Source: Promethearchaeota archaeon (lineage in GTDB: Archaea > Asgardarchaeota > Lokiarchaeia > Sigyniarchaeales > SOKP01). From it: a stretch of 64,000 bases of DNA. The stretch lies in NCBI GenBank assembly GCA_019057795.1, contig JAHLWS010000070.1, positions 1 through 64,000 of the forward strand, in the 5' to 3' direction. The notes beneath the pieces are model-generated. The model saw nothing but the letters and a program-made list of their open reading frames with translations, had not been told where the DNA came from and made no database searches. How positions within the stretch are numbered: position 1 is the stretch's first letter; each line of letters starts with the position of its first letter. Positions 41,244 through 51,307 of the stretch are shown in pieces. The translations under genes were made by a program, and so were the position numbers.

Positions 41244-41317
41244 TATTGATCACCTTTTAATTAATTTCAAATAAAAAAAAGTATATTGCAATTAAAATGA
41301 TTTTTCCCAAATTAACT

Positions 41318-43552
41318 TTATGCAACCATTCGATCTTCTTTAGATTGTTCAATGATTCTACTTTTAAATTTTTCTCCAAACTTTTCATACCATTTAATTA
41401 CTTCGGGTAATATACTAGGATTTATTAATTCCGTTGCCTGCTTAAAATGCTCTTTCGTAATTTTTCTTGCTCTTATATTTTCTCTAAGAGCAATCATACC
41501 CGCCTCGCGACATAATGTCTCAATATCCGCACCAGAGAAACCATTTAATAGCTTATTTAAGACATCTAAGTCTATATTACTCGCAAGTGGCATATCTTTA
41601 GTAAATATTTTTAATATTTCAAGTCTACCTATTTCATCAGGCGGGGGTACAAGTAGCATCCTATCAATTCTTCCAGGGCGGATTAAGGCTGGGTCTAAAA
41701 TATCAGGGCGGTTGGTAGCTGCAATCACCACGATGTCTTTCTTAACTTCTAAACCATCTAATTCAGTTAAAAATTGTGATAGAACTTTTTCGGATACTCC
41801 CGAATCTGTAGTATGCCTACCTCTACTTGGAGCTATTGAATCAAATTCATCAAAAAAGATAATACATGGTGCCGCCATTTTTGCTTTTCGAAAAATTTCG
41901 CGAATTGCTTTTTCGCTTTCTCCTACGTATTTAGATAGCAATTCAGGTCCTTTAATAGAGATAAAATTAGCTTTACTTTCGTGTGCAACTGCTCTTGCCA
42001 AAAGCGTTTTTCCACACCCAGGTGCCCCATATAATAAGATTCCTCTAGGAGGATTTATTCCCATACGCTCAAAAATTTTAGGATGCGATAAAGGCCAATC
42101 TACAGCCTCTATTAGGCTCTGTTTTAATTCCTCTAATCCACCTATCTGATCCCAAGAGACATTTGGTATTTCAACGAATACTTCTCTTATTCCAGATGGC
42201 ATTACTTCCTTTAAAGCCTCCTCAAAATCAGCTTTAGTTACCTCTATTTGTTCAAGTAATTCAGGATCTATCGTATCAGAATCTAAATCAATCTTTGGTA
42301 AATACCTTCTAAGAGCTGCCATCGCAGCTTCTCTACACACTGCCATAATATCCGCACCAACGAATCCATGAGTAATGTTAGCATAATCTTTTAAAGATAT
42401 TTTTTTATCGAGAGGCATATTTCTTGTGTGAATTTGAAAAACTTCTCTTCTTCCTTTTTCATTTGGAACTTTTATCTCAATTTCGCGATCAAATCGGCCT
42501 GGACGCCTTAACGCGGGATCTAAACTATTAGGTCTATTTGTTGCACCAATAACGATAACTTTTCCTCTACTATGTAGCCCATCCATCAAGGCTAATAATT
42601 GAGCAACAACCCTTCGCTCTACTTCACCAGTTACAGTTTCTCTTTTTGGGGCAATTGCATCTATCTCATCAATAAATATTATTGATGGGCTCTTTTCTTC
42701 AGCTTCAATAAATATTTTCCGTAATTTTTTCTCTGATTCGCCATAAAATTTGCTCATAATTTCTGGACCGTTTATTGAAATAAAATAAGCTTCGCTTTCA
42801 TTAGCTACAGCTCTCGCTAACAAAGTTTTTCCGCAACCAGGAGGACCCCTTAGTAAAATTCCTTTTGGGGGATCAATACCTAGACGTTTAAATAAAGAGG
42901 GGTGTCTTAGTGGGAGTTCAACCATTTCTCTAACCCTTTGTATCTCGCGATCTAATCCACCAACAACTTCATAAGTAACATAATCAGCTCCCCTTTCTTC
43001 GTCTTCAGTAATATGTTCGCTAATATGTAGAGCTGTTTCGGGTTTGATCATACAAACTCCACTTGGTCTTATGCTTATAACTTTAAACGTAATCTCTCGA
43101 CTTATTCCTATTGAGATAAATATAAAATCATCGATCGTAACAGGATAATTATTTAATTTTCGTTTAACGAAAGTTTCAAATCTAGGATTGGACTTTATTT
43201 TTACACTTATTGGCGCTAAAACAATATTTTGAGCGGGGTGAGCGTTGACCTTCCGAATTTGGATTGTTTCATCTATACTTGCTCCCGTATTTTTTTTTAA
43301 TCTAGAATCGATGCGAATAATGCCTAATCCACTATCTTGGGGATAACTTGGCCAAGCGATTCCCGCACTTTCTTTCTTTCCAGAAAGAGCGATGACATCG
43401 CCAGTTTGAATATTTAACTTTTCCATAGTTTCTTGATCAATTCTAGCAATATTACGCCCAATATCTCTTTTTTTAGCTTCTTGCACCCGCAGTGCAACTA
43501 TTTGTGAATCTTTACTATTTGGTCCCTTTTTTTCGTTCTCTTTAGTTGACAT
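41318..43552 (-). CDS. cdc48: Cdc48/VCP AAA+ ATPase
   Basis: N-domain plus two AAA modules ([21 protein letters not shown] and [20 protein letters not shown]). Confidence 0.97.
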   Translation of the reverse strand: MSTKENEKKGPNSKDSQIVALRVQEAKKRDIGRNIARIDQETMEKLNIQTGDVIALSGKKESAGIAWPSYPQDSGLGIIRIDSRLKKNTGASIDETIQIRKVNAHPAQNIVLAPISVKIKSNPRFETFVKRKLNNYPVTIDDFIFISIGISREITFKVISIRPSGVCMIKPETALHISEHITEDEERGADYVTYEVVGGLDREIQRVREMVELPLRHPSLFKRLGIDPPKGILLRGPPGCGKTLLARAVANESEAYFISINGPEIMSKFYGESEKKLRKIFIEAEEKSPSIIFIDEIDAIAPKRETVTGEVERRVVAQLLALMDGLHSRGKVIVIGATNRPNSLDPALRRPGRFDREIEIKVPNEKGRREVFQIHTRNMPLDKKISLKDYANITHGFVGADIMAVCREAAMAALRRYLPKIDLDSDTIDPELLEQIEVTKADFEEALKEVMPSGIREVFVEIPNVSWDQIGGLEELKQSLIEAVDWPLSHPKIFERMGINPPRGILLYGAPGCGKTLLARAVAHESKANFISIKGPELLSKYVGESEKAIREIFRKAKMAAPCIIFFDEFDSIAPSRGRHTTDSGVSEKVLSQFLTELDGLEVKKDIVVIAATNRPDILDPALIRPGRIDRMLLVPPPDEIGRLEILKIFTKDMPLASNIDLDVLNKLLNGFSGADIETLCREAGMIALRENIRARKITKEHFKQATELINPSILPEVIKWYEKFGEKFKSRIIEQSKEDRMVA

Positions 43553-43645
43553 TTTAGATCGAATAAACAAAGTATAATTTTTAATATATATGAAGTAATA
43601 ATTTTGTAAAAATTTTTCCTTTTTTGCTAACTTTTAGTTTTAATT

Positions 43646-44695
43646 TTATTTGAAGAAGCTGTCCAAAGACACCTGTCTTTTAGAAGAGTCTTGCTTTTTC
43701 AACCGTTCAATTGCGTTTTCAACCCTGATTTTTGAAAAATTGTGTTGCTCTATCAGTAATTCTTCAACTTTCTCGTAATTAATTTTTTCCCAGATTATCT
43801 TTGGATATTTTTTTTTTACATCTGGATATAAAAATATATCTTTTATTTGGTCAATTAATTCTTTTTCTAGTTGAATTTCTATGTTACCAACTTTTACATT
43901 ATTTTTTAAAATATTTTCTAACGAACCATATTTCTTGATTAGGTTATAAGCCTTATGTTGACCGATTCCCTTAATTCCAGGGAAAAAATCAGTTCCTATT
44001 AAAATCCCCATCTCTATCAACTGTTCTCGAGTAATATTTAAATTTTCAAGAAATTTAGATAATGAAATGTATTCTATATCTAAAGTGACTGTAGTATCTC
44101 TAACCTTTTTACTTCTGCTTATTGCGAAATTTCTAATTAACCTTTTTCCTCCAAATAATAATGTGTCATAATCCTGGGATGCACACGCCCAAGCATCACC
44201 AGCTTCAACTAGAAGGGCAGATTGAGCTTCGCCTTCAGAGCTCGCCTCTACAATTGGAATCCCCAGATATCTTAATAATTTTTTACTATCTTCAATCATG
44301 TTCGTATCTAATTTAGATGTCATCTGAGCGAATTTTTTTGCTTCTCTAAAATCTTCCTTCTCCTGAGCTTTTATCATTTTTTCCTTAGCATCTTCTTTAA
44401 TTCTCCTTCGTTCTTTTATTGTTTCTAATTTTAATTCAGAAGGAGTCCCATCAAACACATAAATTGGTTTGATATTATGCTCTAAAAAATTTATTGTTCG
44501 ATAAAATAATCCAGATAGATGAGAAGTCACATTACCATTATAATCTTTTAAAGGAGTGCCATCTCTTTGCCTAATAATTGCTAAAAATTGATAAATCGTG
44601 TTAAATGCATCAATGGCAATGCGTTTATTTAATAGGTTATCAAATGTAATAGTCCTTTTTACTTCTTTCACTAATTCATTTATTTTAGTACCCAT
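43646..44695 (-). CDS. fen: Flap endonuclease 1
   Basis: IDAFNTIYQFL, EGEAQ, SQDYD, GTDF; PIP box QVSLDSFF. Confidence 0.97.
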   Translation of the reverse strand: MGTKINELVKEVKRTITFDNLLNKRIAIDAFNTIYQFLAIIRQRDGTPLKDYNGNVTSHLSGLFYRTINFLEHNIKPIYVFDGTPSELKLETIKERRRIKEDAKEKMIKAQEKEDFREAKKFAQMTSKLDTNMIEDSKKLLRYLGIPIVEASSEGEAQSALLVEAGDAWACASQDYDTLLFGGKRLIRNFAISRSKKVRDTTVTLDIEYISLSKFLENLNITREQLIEMGILIGTDFFPGIKGIGQHKAYNLIKKYGSLENILKNNVKVGNIEIQLEKELIDQIKDIFLYPDVKKKYPKIIWEKINYEKVEELLIEQHNFSKIRVENAIERLKKQDSSKRQVSLDSFFK

Positions 44696-44753
44696 GGTTT
44701 ATCTTTTTTATTTTTTCCAATATTTGTTTACATTTTTTCCTATATATTTTGCA

Positions 44754-45311
44754 CTATATTTTTTCCTTTTTTAGTGGTCGTCTTTTTAATTTAGATCCAC
44801 CACACATTTCACAAATTTTATTAAAATCTTTAGGTTTGAAAATTGTTTTACAATAGGGGCAATATATCTCAAAAAATATCTTTTCTTTTATACCCTCCTT
44901 AAACATAGGCATAAATTTTATCTTTAATTCACTACATAAATTTTCCATGGAATAATCATTTGTATAGAGAATAATCTCTTGGTTATATGTGTCCATCAAT
45001 TCTAAAGCTAATGCTATTAAATTCACATCAGCATTAGATAACGCATTTATATCTCCCGTTAGTTTAGATTTTGCGTTTACTATGTTAATGTAATTTTCAT
45101 TAGCTTTTTTTATAATTAATTTTCCTAGTTCAACTGCCACTTCTATCCTATGAATAATATTTCTATTCTTATCTTTATATCTTTTAACTTGAATCTCATC
45201 GATAATTTCTGGAGTGGTGAAAATTGTCTCCTTAAAAAAATTGAAATCGATACCTTTTAAAAAAATGTTAGTATCAAAAACTAGAATTGAACTCTTCTTC
45301 AGGACTGTCAT
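44754..45311 (-). CDS. nob1: Nob1-like PIN endonuclease with Zn ribbon
   Basis: VFDTN, LSNAD..LIALA, TNDYSMEN, CPYC...CEMCG. Confidence 0.9.
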   Translation of the reverse strand: MTVLKKSSILVFDTNIFLKGIDFNFFKETIFTTPEIIDEIQVKRYKDKNRNIIHRIEVAVELGKLIIKKANENYINIVNAKSKLTGDINALSNADVNLIALALELMDTYNQEIILYTNDYSMENLCSELKIKFMPMFKEGIKEKIFFEIYCPYCKTIFKPKDFNKICEMCGGSKLKRRPLKKEKI

Positions 45312-46200
45312 CTCTCGGAACCTTTATAGTTCCAATAATTTTTTTCCTTAACCGTCTAATATAATTATCGCTTATGCTTCTGGAAAGACGGATAAATTTA
45401 GTATGGGAATTTGCTTTACGGACTTTGATAACTGTATTTGGTTGGATATTTTTAAAAGTTCTCTGGCCGTCAATTATAATTTTTGCACTTAGTCTTGGTC
45501 TTAGAAGTTGAATTTCAACTTCGCTATCAATAGGAAGCACTAGTGGTTTCAATCCTGATCTTGCAAAACTATTTAATGGGGTTATTTGCATAATATCCAT
45601 CGTAGGTTTTACGATAGCTCCTCCCGCACTTAGATTATACCCCGTAGAGCCTACTGAAGTTGAAATAATAATACCATCTAAATAACTTCGATTTAGAAAA
45701 CAACCATCTATTTTAACTGATGTTAATAATACTTTAGAGCTTTTTGATGAAATTATTAGAACTTCGTTCAATGCATTATTTAATTTAATTTCTTCAGAAG
45801 CTTTAATTACATATGGGGTTAATTTAGAGCATTTTTCAATTATATATTCGCCTTTTAATACACGATCTATGTCATTAAAAACGTTTCTTTCATTAGTTTC
45901 GTCTAGAAAGCCGATAGACCCAATATTTACGCCCAAAATGGGTGGAGCGTTGCGTTGTGATAGGCCACTTGCCACTCTCAGAATAGTTCCGTCTCCACCA
46001 ACGGATATGAGAAATTTAGTATTCTCTGCTGTCATCTCTTTAAGATCCATATCATTGTGAGGTAAGATTTTAGGTGCGATTCTGGTTTCCAATTGAACAA
46101 TTTCGCCTTTTTTCACTAAATAATCAAAAAGTCTCTTAGTTAAATTTATCGCTCTCTCAGAATCCATTCTGCAAGCTAATGAAACTGCCTTTTTTTCCAT
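45274..46200 (-). CDS. nadK: NAD kinase
   Basis: GGDGT, G.IGFL, LNE, DG.IIST..GSTGYNLSAGG. Confidence 0.93.
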   Translation of the reverse strand: MEKKAVSLACRMDSERAINLTKRLFDYLVKKGEIVQLETRIAPKILPHNDMDLKEMTAENTKFLISVGGDGTILRVASGLSQRNAPPILGVNIGSIGFLDETNERNVFNDIDRVLKGEYIIEKCSKLTPYVIKASEEIKLNNALNEVLIISSKSSKVLLTSVKIDGCFLNRSYLDGIIISTSVGSTGYNLSAGGAIVKPTMDIMQITPLNSFARSGLKPLVLPIDSEVEIQLLRPRLSAKIIIDGQRTFKNIQPNTVIKVRKANSHTKFIRLSRSISDNYIRRLRKKIIGTIKVPRDDSPEEEFNSSF

Positions 46201-46313
46201 CGAACTCAGACTTCTTTTATATTTTTCTTTACTTTTATTGATAGATTACAAAAATGAATAAATTTTAAGAAAATAATATTCTAATTCTGCTCAAAAAAGA
46301 TTATAATAACATT

Positions 46314-46742
46314 CTAATTAATAATTACTCTATTTATTAACGTTTTTCCTGCAAGCTGCCAATATTCTACTTGTGCCATTGACATTTTTCCGGGATCGGC
46401 TTGTAAATCCTTTATCTTTGCTTTTAAATTTTCCTCGTCCGGCCAAGCAACATCCACTGATTCATAGGATTCAAGATCCATAATGTTAATTAATGTATCT
46501 TCAATAAAGTTAATCTGTGCAGCACCCTTGATTATCTCGGGAATAGAAACCATATGACCCGATGGTATAGTTAGAGATCTCTTGTTATTATCGAATACAC
46601 CAACACATACGACCCTAACTTTGGCGTGTCCATGTTTTCCTGACTTACTTCTTTCAGTAGCTTTTATAACGCACGGTTCATCATCAACCATAATGTATTG
46701 ACCAGTTTTAAGCTTTTGGACTTCTGTTCTTCTTATGCTCAT
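46314..46742 (-). CDS. eif5a: Translation factor aIF5A
   Basis: SKSGKHGHAK hypusine motif. Confidence 0.96.
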   Translation of the reverse strand: MSIRRTEVQKLKTGQYIMVDDEPCVIKATERSKSGKHGHAKVRVVCVGVFDNNKRSLTIPSGHMVSIPEIIKGAAQINFIEDTLINIMDLESYESVDVAWPDEENLKAKIKDLQADPGKMSMAQVEYWQLAGKTLINRVIIN

Positions 46743-46898
46743 AAATCATTTTCTCCTTTTTTTTTCAATATTAGGTTTATATGAAATATTTTTTATTTTC
46801 AAATTTCTTTTTTTATATAATATTATCATTATTTAAAAAAAAATATTAGTTTTTGTTAATATTATTTATTAAAACATAAAAGTAAAAATAGATTTGTT

Positions 46899-48275
46899 AT
46901 GGCGTTTAAGAAACTAGGGAAAGATCTAGAGAACATAATGCGAAAATTACGAGGTTTACCAAAGATTGATAAGAATGTAATTAACGCAATCATTCAAGAT
47001 TTGCAAAGAGCATTACTAAGTGCTGATGTTAAAGTTGAATTAGTTTTCCAGATGACTGAAAATATTAAAAAAGAGTCAATGAACACTGATCTTAAAAGAG
47101 CCAGAAGAAAAGATTTCATAATTAAACTTGTTCATGACGAATTGGTTAAAACTATCGGAGGGAAATCTGCTCCTATTAGAATAAAACCAGGGAAAAGTAA
47201 CATAATTTTACTTGTCGGAATTCAGGGATCAGGTAAAACTACTACTGTTGGTAAGTTAGCACGCTTTTATAATAATAAAGGGTATAAAGTAGCTACTGTC
47301 ACAACGGATACATGGCGTCCAGGGGCTTATGAGCAACTTGTTCAATTAACAGATCAAATAGGGGTGAAATGCTATGGAAATCCTAATGAAAAAAATGCAA
47401 TTAAACTTGCCGTAAGAGAAACTAAAAAAGCGATAAATGATGGACACAAGATAATTATTGTTGATACTGCTGGGCGCCATAAGGAAGAGAAAGAATTAAT
47501 GAAAGAGATGGAAAAAATTGAGAGCAATTTAAAGCCTAACGAAGTAATCCTCGTAATTGACGGAAGTATAGGTCAACAAGCTTATTCACAAGCAGAAGAA
47601 TTCGCAAAATCCACAAAAATTGGTAGTATAATAGTAACTAAATTAGATGGAACCGCTAAAGGGGGTGGTGCTCTTTCTGCTTGTGCTGCGACTAATCAAT
47701 CCATAAGATTTATTGGTGTTGGGGAAAAACTGGATGATTTTGAAGAATTCAATTCAAGTACTTTTGTAGGCACTTTATTAGGTATACCAGATATAGAAGG
47801 CTTAGTAAAAAAAGTTGAGGAAGCTGAAATTGAAGTGGATCCGGATATGGTTAAAAGAATGATGAAGGGTAAGTTTACTCTAGATGACCTTTATCTACAA
47901 TTAAAAAGCATAAAAAAGGTAGGTAAGATGAAAAATATTTTAGCCATGATTGGAGGAGGTAATATTCCTGACGCATTAACTGATGACGCTGAGAAGAATT
48001 TAGAAAAATGGCGTGTGGTTTTAGATTCTATGACTTCGGAAGAAAAGTTCGACCCAAAAATTATCAAAAAAACCAGAAAAAGAAGGATTGCTCTCGGAAG
48101 CGGTACAGATTATGCTACAATAAATCGAATGCTCGATCAATATAACCAAATGAAAAAGTTCTTCAAAAAAGCCTTACAAATGCAAAAGAAAGGTAAAGGA
48201 ATGCCAGGTATTCCAGGAATGGGAAAGCAAGGAGCACAATTTATGAATAAATTGGGAAAGGATTTTAAATTTTAA
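46899..48275 (+). CDS. srp54: Signal recognition particle protein SRP54
   Basis: GIQGSGKTT, DTAGR, TKLD, Met-rich M domain. Confidence 0.97.
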   Translation: MAFKKLGKDLENIMRKLRGLPKIDKNVINAIIQDLQRALLSADVKVELVFQMTENIKKESMNTDLKRARRKDFIIKLVHDELVKTIGGKSAPIRIKPGKSNIILLVGIQGSGKTTTVGKLARFYNNKGYKVATVTTDTWRPGAYEQLVQLTDQIGVKCYGNPNEKNAIKLAVRETKKAINDGHKIIIVDTAGRHKEEKELMKEMEKIESNLKPNEVILVIDGSIGQQAYSQAEEFAKSTKIGSIIVTKLDGTAKGGGALSACAATNQSIRFIGVGEKLDDFEEFNSSTFVGTLLGIPDIEGLVKKVEEAEIEVDPDMVKRMMKGKFTLDDLYLQLKSIKKVGKMKNILAMIGGGNIPDALTDDAEKNLEKWRVVLDSMTSEEKFDPKIIKKTRKRRIALGSGTDYATINRMLDQYNQMKKFFKKALQMQKKGKGMPGIPGMGKQGAQFMNKLGKDFKF

Positions 48276-48288
48276 ATATAATTAGAAT

Positions 48289-48936
48289 TTGATAAATTTG
48301 GTTAATTTTCTAATACTAATTGAGAAATTCCCTAAATTTTCTAAAAGCGATATAGATGTAGGAAAAACTCCTATTTATGTGTATAATTTATGTTCTATAA
48401 TACGGGAATCATTTTGTTTATCTTATTCAATCAGAAAAAATAATAACTTATATCTATATTTTGAATCACTTCAACTTCTAATAAAATATGAGGGTAAAAA
48501 ATTGAGATTTCTAGGTTCTGATGAGAGATCTCAAGCATTACTTTTAAAAAGAGCATTAGCGAAAATAAATGGAGATGAAAAAGTAAAAACTCAAGAATGG
48601 GAAAAATCTACTCCGGGTATTTTTATTAAGAGATTACCAAATTCGGGTTCTATTTTAGAAAATATTAATAATATTCTTCATAACAAAATAGTATTTATTA
48701 CCGAATTTGAAAATAAGAATCTTTATCCTGATGTCATCAATTTAGATGATTTAGACGATATAAGCGAATATTGTTGTATTTTTCCTTATTCTCAGAATTC
48801 ACAGAGTTCATTGAGATTTTTACAAGTAATTAAAGAAAACTACAATTTAAAATACATTAATCTTTCAAACATTAAAGGGATTGAAAATAAAATCTTATAT
48901 ATTAATTTTCGAATTGACCAAAGTAAGAATTTTTAA
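48289..48936 (+). CDS. Divergent TrmY/DUF358-like SPOUT-family protein
   Basis: SFCLSYSIRKN, G..LRFLGSDERS, STPGI; C-terminal SAM-knot motifs not recognisable. Confidence 0.55.
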   Translation: MINLVNFLILIEKFPKFSKSDIDVGKTPIYVYNLCSIIRESFCLSYSIRKNNNLYLYFESLQLLIKYEGKKLRFLGSDERSQALLLKRALAKINGDEKVKTQEWEKSTPGIFIKRLPNSGSILENINNILHNKIVFITEFENKNLYPDVINLDDLDDISEYCCIFPYSQNSQSSLRFLQVIKENYNLKYINLSNIKGIENKILYINFRIDQSKNF

Positions 48937-48951
48937 TAAGGAAATAGAAAA

Positions 48952-50355
48952 ATGATTTTAAAAAATGCGCTCATATATATTGATGGTTCACTTCGGAAGG
49001 GAGCCCTATTAATTCATAATGGAACGATTAAATCAGTTGTAAATGAAAAATCGAAGGAAGATTTAAAGAAAATTCGAAGTCATAACGAAGATGGAATAGA
49101 GATAGATTGCGGAAAGAGAATGGTTTTACCGGGTATTATTGATATTCACTCTCATTTAAGAGATATGGGGCAGAGCGAAAAAGAAACTTTTTTAACAGGA
49201 ACATTAGCAGCAGCTTTTTCTGGAATAACAACAGTATTTAATATGCCGAATACAATACCTCCTGCTATAAATGCTTATCAAGTTAAAAAATGGATGGAAA
49301 AAGCACAAAATAACATTTATGTGAATGTGGGGTTTATTGCTGGAGTTCCAAGAGAATTTAATTTCGATGAAGTTATTTCGATTATAGATTTAGGCGTTAT
49401 TGGATTCAAAATTTATCCGATAGGTTCATTAAATGAGATCGATTGGTTAAATTACTTAAATGTTCAAAAGATTCTTAATATTTCATCTAAATTACAAATT
49501 CCTATATTTATACATCCAGATTGGCCTCTTTCTTTTGAAGAAAAAAATGAAATTTACGAGAATTACACGCTGGAACAATTTCCAACCTTAGAATTGCATA
49601 ATAATCTTTACCCCGTTTCTATGGAAGCTAAATACGTGAATTTTGTTCTTGAAAATTATTATAAGATTATAGTAGATCTAGATTTAAGCCCGAAAGATTA
49701 TCCTATCGTCCATTTCTGTCATATAAGTTGCAAGAATAGTTATTCTCTAATACAAAATGCTTTAAAGATGAATAATAACTTAAAAATATCCTTCGAAATA
49801 ACACCACATCATTTATTTTTAACTAATAAAATAAAATTAAGCAATCCAAATTATGGTAAAGTCTTACCTCCTTTAAGAGATGAAGAACATTCCTTATATT
49901 TATTTAAGGAACTTAAAGAAGGGCATATAAGCCTTATAGGTACAGATCATGCACCGCACACATTGGAAGATAAAGGACAAGGATATCTTGATGCACCTTC
50001 AGGATTTCCCGGATTTGAAACATATCCGTTAACGCTATTAGACAAAGTTTGTAGATCTGAACTCTCTCTTGAAAGATTTGTTAAAATTACTTCAGAAAAC
50101 CCGGCAAAGATCTTTAACTTAAAGAATAAAGGATTTATCAAAGAGGGATATGATGCCGATTTAATTATAGTTGATAAAATTCCAGAATACCCTATTAAAT
50201 CAAAAAAATTCAAAACAAAAGCAAAATTTTCCCCCTACGAAGATTACAAAACCACTGTTAAGATTTGGAAAGTTTTTCTAAGAGGCAATGAGGTTAATAC
50301 CGAAAAATCTGAACCAATGGGTAAAATCATTAGAATGAAAAATATAAATGTATGA
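48952..50355 (+). CDS. pyrC: Dihydroorotase (amidohydrolase family)
   Basis: PGIIDIHSHLR, MPNT.P, EITPHHL, PPLR, TDHAPH. Confidence 0.88.
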   Translation: MILKNALIYIDGSLRKGALLIHNGTIKSVVNEKSKEDLKKIRSHNEDGIEIDCGKRMVLPGIIDIHSHLRDMGQSEKETFLTGTLAAAFSGITTVFNMPNTIPPAINAYQVKKWMEKAQNNIYVNVGFIAGVPREFNFDEVISIIDLGVIGFKIYPIGSLNEIDWLNYLNVQKILNISSKLQIPIFIHPDWPLSFEEKNEIYENYTLEQFPTLELHNNLYPVSMEAKYVNFVLENYYKIIVDLDLSPKDYPIVHFCHISCKNSYSLIQNALKMNNNLKISFEITPHHLFLTNKIKLSNPNYGKVLPPLRDEEHSLYLFKELKEGHISLIGTDHAPHTLEDKGQGYLDAPSGFPGFETYPLTLLDKVCRSELSLERFVKITSENPAKIFNLKNKGFIKEGYDADLIIVDKIPEYPIKSKKFKTKAKFSPYEDYKTTVKIWKVFLRGNEVNTEKSEPMGKIIRMKNINV

Positions 50356-50399
50356 AGAATATAATTATATAATAATAATTCTGTCTTGAAGTGGAAATT

Positions 50400-51038
50400 A
50401 TGACTGATGAGAATTCTTTTACTTTAGAAGATGGTATATCATTAATAAGATTTGCTCGAGAAAATATTGAATTTTTTCTTAAAAACGATCGAAGGATACC
50501 CGTTCCAGATGACATTAAAAATAAATTTTCAGAGAAATATGGAGCATTTGTCACTTTAAATATAGTAAATGCGCCAAGCAACTCTTTACGAGGTTGTATA
50601 GGTTATATTGAACCAACTTATCCATTATATGATGTAATTCATAGAGTTTCAATTAGTTCAGCAATTGAGGATCCGCGTTTTCCATCTGTTTCACTCGAGG
50701 AAATGAACGATATTATTATAGAGCTTTCTATATTAACGCCTCCTAAATTAATCAAAGTAAATCATCCAAAAGAATATCTTGATAAAATTGTTATCGGGAG
50801 AGATGGACTTATAGCTGAAAAAGGTATGAGGAGAGGATTGCTTCTTCCTCAAGTACCAATTGATCATGGGAGAGAATGGGATGTAGAAACATTCTTAGGT
50901 CATACTTGCGTTAAAGCATGGCTCTCAAATGACGATTGGAAAGATAATAAAACAAAAATTTTTTCATTTCAAGCAATTCTTTTTGAAGAAAAAGAACCAA
51001 GGGGAGAAGTTGTTCGGAAATATCTTACTTCATCCTAA
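50400..51038 (+). CDS. AMMECR1 domain protein (TIGR00296)
   Basis: GAFVTL, LRGCIG, DPRF, GRDGL, LLLPQV. Confidence 0.92.
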   Translation: MTDENSFTLEDGISLIRFARENIEFFLKNDRRIPVPDDIKNKFSEKYGAFVTLNIVNAPSNSLRGCIGYIEPTYPLYDVIHRVSISSAIEDPRFPSVSLEEMNDIIIELSILTPPKLIKVNHPKEYLDKIVIGRDGLIAEKGMRRGLLLPQVPIDHGREWDVETFLGHTCVKAWLSNDDWKDNKTKIFSFQAILFEEKEPRGEVVRKYLTSS

Positions 51039-51307
51039 TTTTGCCATAATCCGTTATTAAATTCGTTTTTATGTATTTTTTAGTAATTTCATTATAAAAA
51101 AAATTTATTAACTTTATTAATCTGAAACTCATAATTAAAAATATATCATTTGATGTTACTTTAAGAGAAAAATTGTAAAATTACAGGGACTACAATTAAC
51201 TTTTAATACAGAGGGAATTGAGAAATTCAATATGATTATATACATTAAATCAGTATAAATTAAAAAATTTACAATTTCAAATTATTTTTCGAAATGAGGA
51301 TATCAGT

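Noticed and set aside
41352-42149. 265-aa ORF antisense to cdc48, and the other short antisense ORFs in the track
   Set aside because: These are shadow frames of well-supported genes on the opposite strand.
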